Assembly: GCA_964587045.1 (NCBI GenBank)
Contig: CAZPJY010000004.1
Location: forward strand, 699-64,698
From: an uncultured Methanosarcinales archaeon
GTDB taxonomy: Archaea > Nanobdellota > Nanobdellia > Woesearchaeales > CAZPJY01
Reading direction: 5' to 3'
Length of the DNA stretch: 64,000 bases
This document shows, one piece after another, positions 47,622 through 55,631 of the stretch. Made by a program: the position numbers and the translations under genes. Below the pieces are notes generated by a model that saw only the letters and a program-made list of their open reading frames with translations, had not been told where the DNA came from and searched no databases. Position 1 is the stretch's first letter, and every line of letters starts with the position of its first letter.

Positions 47622-48524
47622 GTGAAGCAAATGGAAGAAACCATCAAACGACTCCTAGAAGACAAGCAACCAAGCGCGTATCCAATTATGGAGCTGCATG
47701 CGCACACATACTATTCAGACGGGGTGGTGAGCCCAACCAACCTTGTGCTTGAAGCGGCGCGGAAAGGCGTGGAATACCTGGCGATAACAGACCATGACAC
47801 TCTTGAAGGAATCGATGAAGCGATCATGGCAGCACAACCTTTCGGAATCAGGATCATACCAGGAATTGAGCTCTCCTCGACCGTTGGAGGGAAATCGATC
47901 CACATGCTGGGCCTCGCCCTGAAAGGATACTCCAAGATGCAGCAGGAACCGCTTGTGAAAAAGCTGATCAAAGGGAGGAGGGACCGCGCCGAGCTGCACT
48001 GCCACGAGCTGGAGAGGCTCGGATTCGATATCAAGTTCGAGGACGTGGATGTCAAGGGAACCCACGGCAAGGCACAAGTGGTGGAGGCATTGCTAAAGAA
48101 AAACAGCGAGCGCATCCTCTCAGAGGTAAAGGAGTTCAAAACCTTCGGTCCTGTCATCGACTACTACTTCAAGGAAGGACCCATCCCGTACATACCCAAT
48201 TTCAAGATCGACTACCGCGACGCAATCGACCTCATACACGACTACGGAGGCCTGGCAGTTCTCGCGCATCCGGCAATCAAGCTCAAGAGAGGCGCTGAGG
48301 ACAGCCTGATTGTGCGCATGATCGATTACGGGCTCGACGGGCTGGAGGTCTTCCACAAGAAGCACAGCTTTGAGGACGCCGCGCACTACGCAAACATGGC
48401 TCGGAAGGCTCGCATCTTCATGACCGCGGGCACCGACTACCACGGCCACGACGGGAGCAGGCCGCTGGGCACGCTCCAGACCTTCGACGATCAAAAAGAG
48501 AGGCTCCTGGACAGGCTTGGGTGA
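47622..48524 (+). CDS. PHP-domain metal-dependent phosphoesterase
   Basis: MELHAHTYYSDG...ITDHD...HP motifs of the PHP family. Confidence 0.75.
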   Translation: MKQMEETIKRLLEDKQPSAYPIMELHAHTYYSDGVVSPTNLVLEAARKGVEYLAITDHDTLEGIDEAIMAAQPFGIRIIPGIELSSTVGGKSIHMLGLALKGYSKMQQEPLVKKLIKGRRDRAELHCHELERLGFDIKFEDVDVKGTHGKAQVVEALLKKNSERILSEVKEFKTFGPVIDYYFKEGPIPYIPNFKIDYRDAIDLIHDYGGLAVLAHPAIKLKRGAEDSLIVRMIDYGLDGLEVFHKKHSFEDAAHYANMARKARIFMTAGTDYHGHDGSRPLGTLQTFDDQKERLLDRLG

Positions 48525-48641
48525 TCACAATCGACCCTAGGATAATAATCGAGGCAAAGGACCGCAGGCAGTACGAGATGATGCGCGACAGGATAGAATG
48601 CGCCCTGGGCTGCAGCATTGAGATCGTCGGCAAGTACGGGA

Positions 48642-49130
48642 TCACGAGAGGTATTTTGTGAGGGTCGCATCGACCTTGGACGCCCGCGTATCAAGCCATC
48701 CCTGGGTTTCCCAAGTGGCATCCATCCCAACAAGCGCTTCACAAGCAGCATAGACTGCAATACCCGCACCGATACCGAGAGCCAGAGGAGATATCATCGT
48801 GCCCATGAGCACGCCGAGTCCGACACAAACCGCCCGTCTGAAATCGACAATCCTCTTAAGGTAAGGCGTGGTCTTGTAGTGAATTTTCACATCAACCACC
48901 TTTTCCAGCTCTTCTGCCTTCTGGTTGAAATCCGGACGGTGCTTTGCTAATATTGGAAAGTACTTGGCACAGAAACTGGTTTCCTTGTACAGCTTTCTAC
49001 CCTCATAATAATATGACTTTCCCTTGTCGAAATCTTCGTTAGACAGAATATCGAGGACAAGCGCGTCCAGCTTGTTCCCGCCTCTTGGATATATGGTCTC
49101 AGCAGCCTTTATCTTGTTGTGTATTCCCAT
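48642..49130 (-). CDS. Hypothetical protein with a C-terminal hydrophobic/Gly-rich segment
   Basis: ORF only. Confidence 0.3.
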   Translation of the reverse strand: MGIHNKIKAAETIYPRGGNKLDALVLDILSNEDFDKGKSYYYEGRKLYKETSFCAKYFPILAKHRPDFNQKAEELEKVVDVKIHYKTTPYLKRIVDFRRAVCVGLGVLMGTMISPLALGIGAGIAVYAACEALVGMDATWETQGWLDTRASKVDATLTKYLS

Positions 49131-49180
49131 CGGTCATGCACCCCAAACAGGCACAGAATCAAGTATATTTAAACCTTACA

Positions 49181-49240
49181 GTTCGTGTTGATGGCGGCAA
49201 TCCCTCCCATGTCGCGGAGCTGCACTCCCTCACGCTGAGG
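49181..49240. repeat. Diverged duplicate of the aRF1 3' coding end (pseudo-fragment), copy A
   Basis: Its reverse complement encodes ...REGVQLRDMGGIAAIN..., matching the aRF1 C-terminus. It shares the 20-nt core cccatgtcgcggagctgcac with 49902-49921. Confidence 0.7.
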
Positions 49241-49252
49241 AGGTGAGAATAT

Positions 49253-49834
49253 TTAATCCTTTGCCTTCATGAGCGCGAGGACCTTCTCGAAAGCCTCGGC
49301 CTGCGCGACGGCATCCTCGAGGGCGTTGTGGGTGAGGCCATTGGGGAGGAACTCGGATATGGTAGCGTACTCGTCCCCGGTCACGCCCCAGTAGACAGAA
49401 TTCATATCGATGCCACGCCAGCCGAAGGGGTTCTCGCCCATGAAGTGGCGGAAGTAGTAGTCAACGAACTTCCAGTCGAAGCAGGCGGGGTGGGCGACGA
49501 AGACCGGGTTCGGGTCGATGACGTAGAGCCAGTCCCTAAAGTCCTCCATCGCCTTGCGCGGAGGCGTACCATTGATGTCGAGCTCCAGGAGGGCCTCGAG
49601 CGGCTCGAACTCCTTCCTTCCAGGATGGAGCTCCTCCTTGCCCTTCAGGCATTCGAGGCCCAGGCATGCCACCCGCATGGCCGGCTCCTCGTACTCGATA
49701 CCGAGGCCTTGGATCTCCCTGTAGAACCGCGTCTCCGTGTCACCGACGACGCATGCCCCCAAGGAGAGCATGGAATAGGTCGGTGGGTAAGGGCCCGATA
49801 CCTCGATGTTGACAGCGATGTAGGTGTTCTCCAT
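49253..49834 (-). CDS. DnaQ-like (DEDDh) 3'-5' exonuclease-domain protein
   Basis: Exo II-like FVAHPACFDWKFV and Exo III-like HNALEDAVAQAEAF. The first motif reads VNIEVSG, with N where the Exo I Asp is expected. Confidence 0.55.
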   Translation of the reverse strand: MENTYIAVNIEVSGPYPPTYSMLSLGACVVGDTETRFYREIQGLGIEYEEPAMRVACLGLECLKGKEELHPGRKEFEPLEALLELDINGTPPRKAMEDFRDWLYVIDPNPVFVAHPACFDWKFVDYYFRHFMGENPFGWRGIDMNSVYWGVTGDEYATISEFLPNGLTHNALEDAVAQAEAFEKVLALMKAKD

Positions 49835-49867
49835 GCGAGGTGTGGATAAGAACTTTCTAATAAAACT

Positions 49868-50962
49868 TTAGATTTCGTACCTGTTAATCGACGCGATGCC
49901 ACCCATGTCGCGGAGCTGCACCCCCTCGCGGGTCTCGGTCGATATGATCTCCACCTGGGACCCCATCTCTTCAGCCTTCTTTTCCAGCTCCTCAATCTTC
50001 TCGTCAGAAAAGGTCTCAGAGACGAGCAAAATCTCGACGGCACCGATCTCAAGGGCGTGCCTTACAGCGGCCTCCCCATAGCTAACCATCTTCTCCTTGG
50101 TGGACAGGAGCTGGAAGAACCTTCCCACCAGCTTCTTTTCTTCCATGACCTCCTCGTTGGCCAGGACGTCCTCGCTCTTCTCGAGCAGCTCCTGCAGCCC
50201 GAAATCCCCTGTGTACGACAGGTCCTTAATGGCGATGATCTTCTGCTTGACCTGATCCGTGATGAAGCCGCCCTCGACGAAGTCGTACTTGGTCGGCCCG
50301 GGACCGCCGACTATTATGCCCTTGACCTCCTTGTTGTCCAGGAACTCCTCCTTCATCATGTCAGCGATCTTCTTGTAGAAGTCCTTCGCAGCCCCTTCCC
50401 TCAGCCGCTCGAATCGCTGGGCAGACTGGCCGCCTGCGCGCGTCTTTCCAGGCACGTTGGAGCTGGCCTTCGATATGGGTACGATTGCCTTCCCCTTGAG
50501 CAGAGCGACATTCCCGTCCCTCCTGTCCATGACCACCAGCCCGTAGACCACGTCGTCCTCGCACATATCCCTGAGCAGGTCCAAGACAAACGTCTTGTCG
50601 CAGCGGTATATTCTCGTCTTGAGCGGAACCGGAGGCTCGACGCTCCACACCTGGAAGTCGAACTGGCCCTCCCGTTCTGAGACGTTGCCTGAGAACACGG
50701 CAAGACCGTGCTCAGGCGTCCTGGGGAAGAGACGGAGGTGCTGTATCATCTTCTCAAGCGCGTCAATCACATTCTTCCTGGTCGAGCTGGATTTGATGTT
50801 GGTCGCTGTGCCCTGCTCCTGCGAGAGGTGGTTGATAATCTTGTTTATGTCATAGCCTGCCGGCACATATACTGAGACGAGCTCGGTATGCCTACCCCTA
50901 TATGTTTCCAATTCCTTTATCAATTTCTGGAGCTTAAACTTCTGATGTGCTGAAATTGCCAT
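49868..50962 (-). CDS. prf1: Peptide chain release factor aRF1
   Basis: TATNIKS (NIKS) and GGQ (RAGGQSAQRF) motifs. 364 aa. Confidence 0.9.
   Translation of the reverse strand: MAISAHQKFKLQKLIKELETYRGRHTELVSVYVPAGYDINKIINHLSQEQGTATNIKSSSTRKNVIDALEKMIQHLRLFPRTPEHGLAVFSGNVSEREGQFDFQVWSVEPPVPLKTRIYRCDKTFVLDLLRDMCEDDVVYGLVVMDRRDGNVALLKGKAIVPISKASSNVPGKTRAGGQSAQRFERLREGAAKDFYKKIADMMKEEFLDNKEVKGIIVGGPGPTKYDFVEGGFITDQVKQKIIAIKDLSYTGDFGLQELLEKSEDVLANEEVMEEKKLVGRFFQLLSTKEKMVSYGEAAVRHALEIGAVEILLVSETFSDEKIEELEKKAEEMGSQVEIISTETREGVQLRDMGGIASINRYEI
49882..49935. repeat. aRF1 3' coding end, copy B of the diverged duplication
   Basis: See the 49181-49240 feature. Encodes ...EGVQLRDMGGIASINRYEI*. Confidence 0.7.
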
Positions 50963-50988
50963 ATATAAAGAGAAAAACTAGTCGTTTA

Positions 50989-51447
50989 TTAACTTATCCC
51001 AAAATAGTCTTTCAGGTAAAGAATGCTCTCATCGACAGTGTCGACCACCTTGCCGTATCGCTGCAGCGCATGTCTTCCATATTCCTTGTTCATTCCCGCA
51101 GGCCAGATCAGAACGATCTCGTCAAGAGGCCCTTCTCCCACGCCTCCATGCATGTGGTAAAACATTCCTATTTCCTCGCCAAGTTCAGGCATCGAGAACG
51201 ATGGGCAGTATCCAAGGAGTACCCAAGAATTTTCTAGGCCCCAAATGTTATCTGAATGGAAATTGGCTTGCTGCTGTGCTTTCCTAGATTCCCAGTGGAA
51301 AAAACGTAATTCAGGGAGTGAGTCGATTATCCAATCCGCATAGAAATTATAGTGCTTCTGCCTGGGTCCACCCAGGAAAACGTCAAACTCGTAATCTTTT
51401 GCCATAAAGACATCTCCCAAACACCTTTCTTTTATGCCTTTCGGCAA
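50989..51447 (-). CDS. Hypothetical protein, possibly nucleoside 2-deoxyribosyltransferase-like (Rossmann-like)
   Basis: Only weak resemblance (DVFLGGP...W). Low confidence. Confidence 0.25.
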   Translation of the reverse strand: MPKGIKERCLGDVFMAKDYEFDVFLGGPRQKHYNFYADWIIDSLPELRFFHWESRKAQQQANFHSDNIWGLENSWVLLGYCPSFSMPELGEEIGMFYHMHGGVGEGPLDEIVLIWPAGMNKEYGRHALQRYGKVVDTVDESILYLKDYFGIS

Positions 51448-51479
51448 GATTTTTAAATTCCTCCCCGTTCATCCCTGGA

Positions 51480-52400
51480 ATGAAGGGCATAATATTCTCC
51501 ACCGCTTTCGGAACCTTCTATTCAAGCGGCGAGAAGCTGGAAGACAGCATCATCTCAGAGCCCTCGCCGGACCATTCCAAAGAAGAAGAACAAATGAAGA
51601 GGAAGCACCCTGATGCCTCAATAATCACAGACATCTCAAAATATCCTGCCCGCCTGCTGGACAGCCTAGACTCGGAGTTCCGGAAGGCCAACCTGGTGCT
51701 TACCAAGGACTCGCTTAAGGCTTCTGTGACCGACGACCTCGTCGTGATTCACCTAATCCACACCATCGACGACAACGAGCGCATTTTCAACATGCTGTCC
51801 AAGAGGCTCAGGGAGTACGCGGAGCTATTCGTGCCTGAGTACTCCCACAAGGTACCGGACCATGAGCGCTTCGTCGCAGGGATACGGACTAAGACCAGGA
51901 AGGAGCTCCTGCTCTACGCGAGCGTCGATGAGAAGGCAAGCGCAGGGGCGGCGCCGACCAAGGCGCAGGAAGAAGCCATGGGGCAGATCGCAGATGCTGC
52001 CGCCAATGCCGTGATGACGCGCAACGCACTCACGAAGCAGCTTGAAGGCATCATGAAAGGGTGCTGCCCCAACCTGCTCGAGATCGCCGGCCCCACTATA
52101 GGCGCAAGGCTTATCGCGCACGCGGGGGACCTCAAGAGGCTCTCAGAGATGCCCTCATCCACAGTGCAGCTGCTCGGAGCTGAGAAGGCGCTATTCCGCC
52201 ACATGCGCACCGGTGCGAAATCCCCAAAGTATGGGGTGATCTTTGCCCACCAGCTGGTCCAGAAGGCCAAGGCGAAAGGCAAGGCAGCCAGGTTCCTCGC
52301 CGACAAGCTAGCAATCGCGGCCAGGCTCGACCGCTTCGGAGGCGAGTTCAAGGCAAAGGAGATGCTCACAGAGCTTGAGAGCAAGCTGGAGGGTGTATGA
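51480..52400 (+). CDS. nop5: Box C/D snoRNP protein Nop5 (Nop56/58 homolog), short form
   Basis: NOP-domain signature LLGAEKALFRHMRTGAKSPKYGVIFAHQLV. A TATA-like atttttaaatt lies about 25 nt upstream. Confidence 0.75.
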   Translation: MKGIIFSTAFGTFYSSGEKLEDSIISEPSPDHSKEEEQMKRKHPDASIITDISKYPARLLDSLDSEFRKANLVLTKDSLKASVTDDLVVIHLIHTIDDNERIFNMLSKRLREYAELFVPEYSHKVPDHERFVAGIRTKTRKELLLYASVDEKASAGAAPTKAQEEAMGQIADAAANAVMTRNALTKQLEGIMKGCCPNLLEIAGPTIGARLIAHAGDLKRLSEMPSSTVQLLGAEKALFRHMRTGAKSPKYGVIFAHQLVQKAKAKGKAARFLADKLAIAARLDRFGGEFKAKEMLTELESKLEGV

Positions 52401-52747
52401 TGCTTCCACAGTACGCAGGGCTTACGCTGTTTGCGATGTACGTATTCCTGGTCGTGGTAGGGCCGATCCTCATGATCCTCCCCTCAATCGTTCTAGGTGC
52501 TTTGTACATCAACTTCGCCAAGAGGTACAAGGGAAGGAGTATCGGCCGCGAAGGTCTGGCATCAGTCATCTTCAGGTCCTACCTGACCACAGCCCTGGTT
52601 TATGACATAGCATTCTACATCCTGGTCAGGACCACTGACATACCTGTCGTCACCATCCTTTGGGCCCTCCTTTTGGGGGTCGTGGCGGTTGAGGCAGCGG
52701 CGATGCAGGCCTACTACATGTTCAAGAGCGAGAGGGTGAGGAAATGA
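52397..52747 (+). CDS. Small membrane protein (3 TM) wedged between nop5 and fibrillarin
   Basis: Overlaps the nop5 stop (ATGA) and the fibrillarin start (ATGA). Hydrophobic helices. Confidence 0.4.
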   Translation: MMLPQYAGLTLFAMYVFLVVVGPILMILPSIVLGALYINFAKRYKGRSIGREGLASVIFRSYLTTALVYDIAFYILVRTTDIPVVTILWALLLGVVAVEAAAMQAYYMFKSERVRK

Positions 52748-53412
52748 AGGAGATGCTGTACGGCAAGTTCCCTGGCGTCTTCTTCGACAAGAAGAAGCTC
52801 CTCACGCTCAACCTGACGCCTGGCAAGAGCGTCTATGGGGAGCGTCTCGTTAGGCAGGGAACAATAGAATACCGGGAGTGGGACCCCACAAGGAGCAAGC
52901 TCGCCGCCGCCATCAAGAAGGGAATCAGCCAGGTTGGCCTGAAAGCGGGATGCAGGGTCCTGTATCTTGGCGCTGCCTCTGGCACGACGCCCTCACACGT
53001 GTCCGACATCGTCGGCAGTGAAGGCATGGTCTACTGCTTGGATTTCGCCCCAAGGGTAGTAAGGGATCTCTACTTCCTGTGCCTTGAAAGGGAGAACATG
53101 GCTCCCCTCCTGGCAGATGCCGGAAAGCCCGAGAGCTACAGGTCCCGCGTGCCTGACGTCGATTTCGTCTATCAGGACATCGCCCAGAGGGACCAGGCCA
53201 CGATATTCTTGAAAAACTGCAGGGTGTACCTAAAGAGCGGAGGCTTCGGAGCCCTGTGCGTGAAGGCCAGGAGCGTCGACGTGACCAAGAAGCCAGCACT
53301 GATCTTCAAGGAGGTCCGTGCGCAGCTGGAAAAGGAGATGTCAGTCGTCGACTACAGAAACCTTGAGCCGTTCGAGAAGGATCACGCGTTCTTCGTGTGT
53401 AAGAAGAGATAA
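52744..53412 (+). CDS. flpA: Fibrillarin-like rRNA/tRNA 2'-O-methyltransferase
   Basis: VLYLGAASGTTPSHVSDIV SAM motif plus conserved fibrillarin blocks. Confidence 0.9.
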   Translation: MKEMLYGKFPGVFFDKKKLLTLNLTPGKSVYGERLVRQGTIEYREWDPTRSKLAAAIKKGISQVGLKAGCRVLYLGAASGTTPSHVSDIVGSEGMVYCLDFAPRVVRDLYFLCLERENMAPLLADAGKPESYRSRVPDVDFVYQDIAQRDQATIFLKNCRVYLKSGGFGALCVKARSVDVTKKPALIFKEVRAQLEKEMSVVDYRNLEPFEKDHAFFVCKKR

Positions 53413-53438
53413 TTTAAAATAGGATTACGTGACACCTC

Positions 53439-54836
53439 ATGCCCATGAAGGTCTACAACACGCTTTCGCGGAAGAAGGAAGAGTTCGTGCCCTTAGAGAA
53501 AGGCAAGGTCGGCATATACACCTGCGGCCCCACGGTCTACAACTACGCCCACATCGGGAATTTCAGGAGCTACGTATTCGAGGACCTGCTCATCAGGTTC
53601 CTGCGGTACAAGGGCCTCAAGGTCACGCAGGTCATGAACATAACGGATATCGATGACAAGACCATCCGCGACTCGAAGAAGGAGGGCAAGAGCCTAAAGG
53701 AGTTCACCGACTTCTACACCAGGGAGTTCCTGAAAGACCTAGACACCCTCAACATCTCAAAGCCTGACATCATGCCGCGCGCGACCGAGCACATCAAAGA
53801 GATGGTCGCCATGGTCAAGAATCTGGAGAAGAACAAGCACACCTACCAAAAGGGCGGCTCGACCTACTTTTCCATCAGGACCATGCCCAACTACGGCGAG
53901 CTCGCGCGCATAGACCTAGCTGGCCTGCAGGACTCAGCTTCCGGCAGGGTGGACGACGACTCCTACGAAAAGGAGGATGCCAAGGACTTTGCCCTGTGGA
54001 AGGGGTATGACGAGTCGGACGGGGATGTGTTCTGGGAGACCGAGCTTGGGAAGGGCAGGCCCGGATGGCACATCGAGTGCTCTGCAATGTCTACCAAGTA
54101 CCTCGGCGACAGCTTCGACATCCATTGCGGAGGGGTCGACCTAATATTTCCCCACCACTCCAACGAGATAGCGCAGGCTGAAGGCGCGACAGGAAAGAAG
54201 TTCGTGAAGTACTGGATGCACTGCCGCCACCTGATAGTTGAAGGGCAGAAGATGTCCAAGTCATTGGGCAACTTCTACACGGTGAGGGACCTGCTTAAGA
54301 AAGGGTATTCCGCAAAGGCCATCCGTTACGTCCTGCTCGCCACGCATTACCGCCAAGAGCTCAACTTCACTTTCGACTCGCTCAAGGGCGCCGAGAACAA
54401 CATTGAGAAGTTCCGCGAGTTCCTGGTCAAGCTGAAGGCCGTCAAGGGCAAGGCAGAAGGTGACGTCGACAAGTCGATAAAAGCCGCGCGGCAGAAGTTC
54501 GAGTCCTCGCTCGACGACGACCTGAACATATCCGGCGCCATGGCGGCGGTCTTCGAGTTCATGGGTGATGTCAACTCAATGATGGGTGACGGCATCCTCA
54601 GCGGGGAGGGGGCGAAGAAAGCCTTAGATTTCATGATGGAGCTGGACAAGGTATTCGGCCTCATGGACTTTGATGAGGCGAAGGTGCCAGATGAGATCCA
54701 AGCCCTCGTGGATAAGAGGGAGGCTGCCCGGAAGGCAAAGGACTGGGCCACCTCAGATAGGCTTCGCGATGATATCAAGGAGAAAGGCTGGGCGGTGTCA
54801 GATTCCAAGGACGGGCCGATCGTGAAGAAGCTATAA
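53439..54836 (+). CDS. cysS: Cysteinyl-tRNA synthetase
   Basis: YTCGPTVYNYAHIGN (HIGH-type) and KMSKSLGN motifs. 465 aa. Confidence 0.9.
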   Translation: MPMKVYNTLSRKKEEFVPLEKGKVGIYTCGPTVYNYAHIGNFRSYVFEDLLIRFLRYKGLKVTQVMNITDIDDKTIRDSKKEGKSLKEFTDFYTREFLKDLDTLNISKPDIMPRATEHIKEMVAMVKNLEKNKHTYQKGGSTYFSIRTMPNYGELARIDLAGLQDSASGRVDDDSYEKEDAKDFALWKGYDESDGDVFWETELGKGRPGWHIECSAMSTKYLGDSFDIHCGGVDLIFPHHSNEIAQAEGATGKKFVKYWMHCRHLIVEGQKMSKSLGNFYTVRDLLKKGYSAKAIRYVLLATHYRQELNFTFDSLKGAENNIEKFREFLVKLKAVKGKAEGDVDKSIKAARQKFESSLDDDLNISGAMAAVFEFMGDVNSMMGDGILSGEGAKKALDFMMELDKVFGLMDFDEAKVPDEIQALVDKREAARKAKDWATSDRLRDDIKEKGWAVSDSKDGPIVKKL

Positions 54837-55631
54837 ACTGATAATCTTGTGCCCCGCAACGCCAAGATTATATACTTCGGTCCTGCCAATCTTGACCATC
54901 CCTTCTGCCTCGTGGATATGCCCACAGAAAACGAATTTCGGCCGCTCTCTCTTTATAAAATCCAAAATTACTTTGCTTCCCGCATGCTTCCCTTTCCATT
55001 CTTTCGGAGCGGAAGGGTGGTCTGTTTTGTCCAAAAATCCGTATGGCGGTTGATGGCACACTAGGATGTCTATCCTATTGAAGTTCTTCAATATCCGTTT
55101 TGCCTTAGCTGTTTGTTTCCGCGCTTTTGCGATCTGTTTTTGGTCTTTGCTCTGAAATTCCCTAAACCAACAGATATCGCTAAAATATTCCAGGAATCCA
55201 ATTCTGACTCCACCGATATTCCTGACCGTATTCCTTACAAAATGGAAATTTCTGATCTTATCCATACGTTCCCTCATATAGGGCAATTTGATTCCGTATT
55301 TTATCTCGTCACGTTTCACTCTTGAGGCGTCAACCATATTCATTCCGACATTCCCTAGGATAGAATAGGTCGGGGCAAACCTTGAAGTGTATTTCCAGAC
55401 CGCGATGGATGAGGTGAATATCTCCATCCATGATTTCTTGAGGTCTTTTGCAGTATATTCCAGTTCTTCCAATCCATTCATTTTTCGATTCCTGTTCTCA
55501 AAACATCTGTCCCTAGCGAAGTCCGCTTTCCCCACATCTCCTGTGATAAGAATCAGGTCTGTCTTCAACAAAGGGATCTTCTTAATCTTATCAATGGCCC
55601 CATGAGGGTCGCCTATAGCAAGAATTCTCAT
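54831..55631 (-). CDS. Calcineurin-like metallophosphoesterase
   Basis: MRILAIGDPHG, GDVG, and C-terminal ILVCHQPP / VFCGHIHE motifs. Confidence 0.7.
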   Translation of the reverse strand: MRILAIGDPHGAIDKIKKIPLLKTDLILITGDVGKADFARDRCFENRNRKMNGLEELEYTAKDLKKSWMEIFTSSIAVWKYTSRFAPTYSILGNVGMNMVDASRVKRDEIKYGIKLPYMRERMDKIRNFHFVRNTVRNIGGVRIGFLEYFSDICWFREFQSKDQKQIAKARKQTAKAKRILKNFNRIDILVCHQPPYGFLDKTDHPSAPKEWKGKHAGSKVILDFIKRERPKFVFCGHIHEAEGMVKIGRTEVYNLGVAGHKIISL

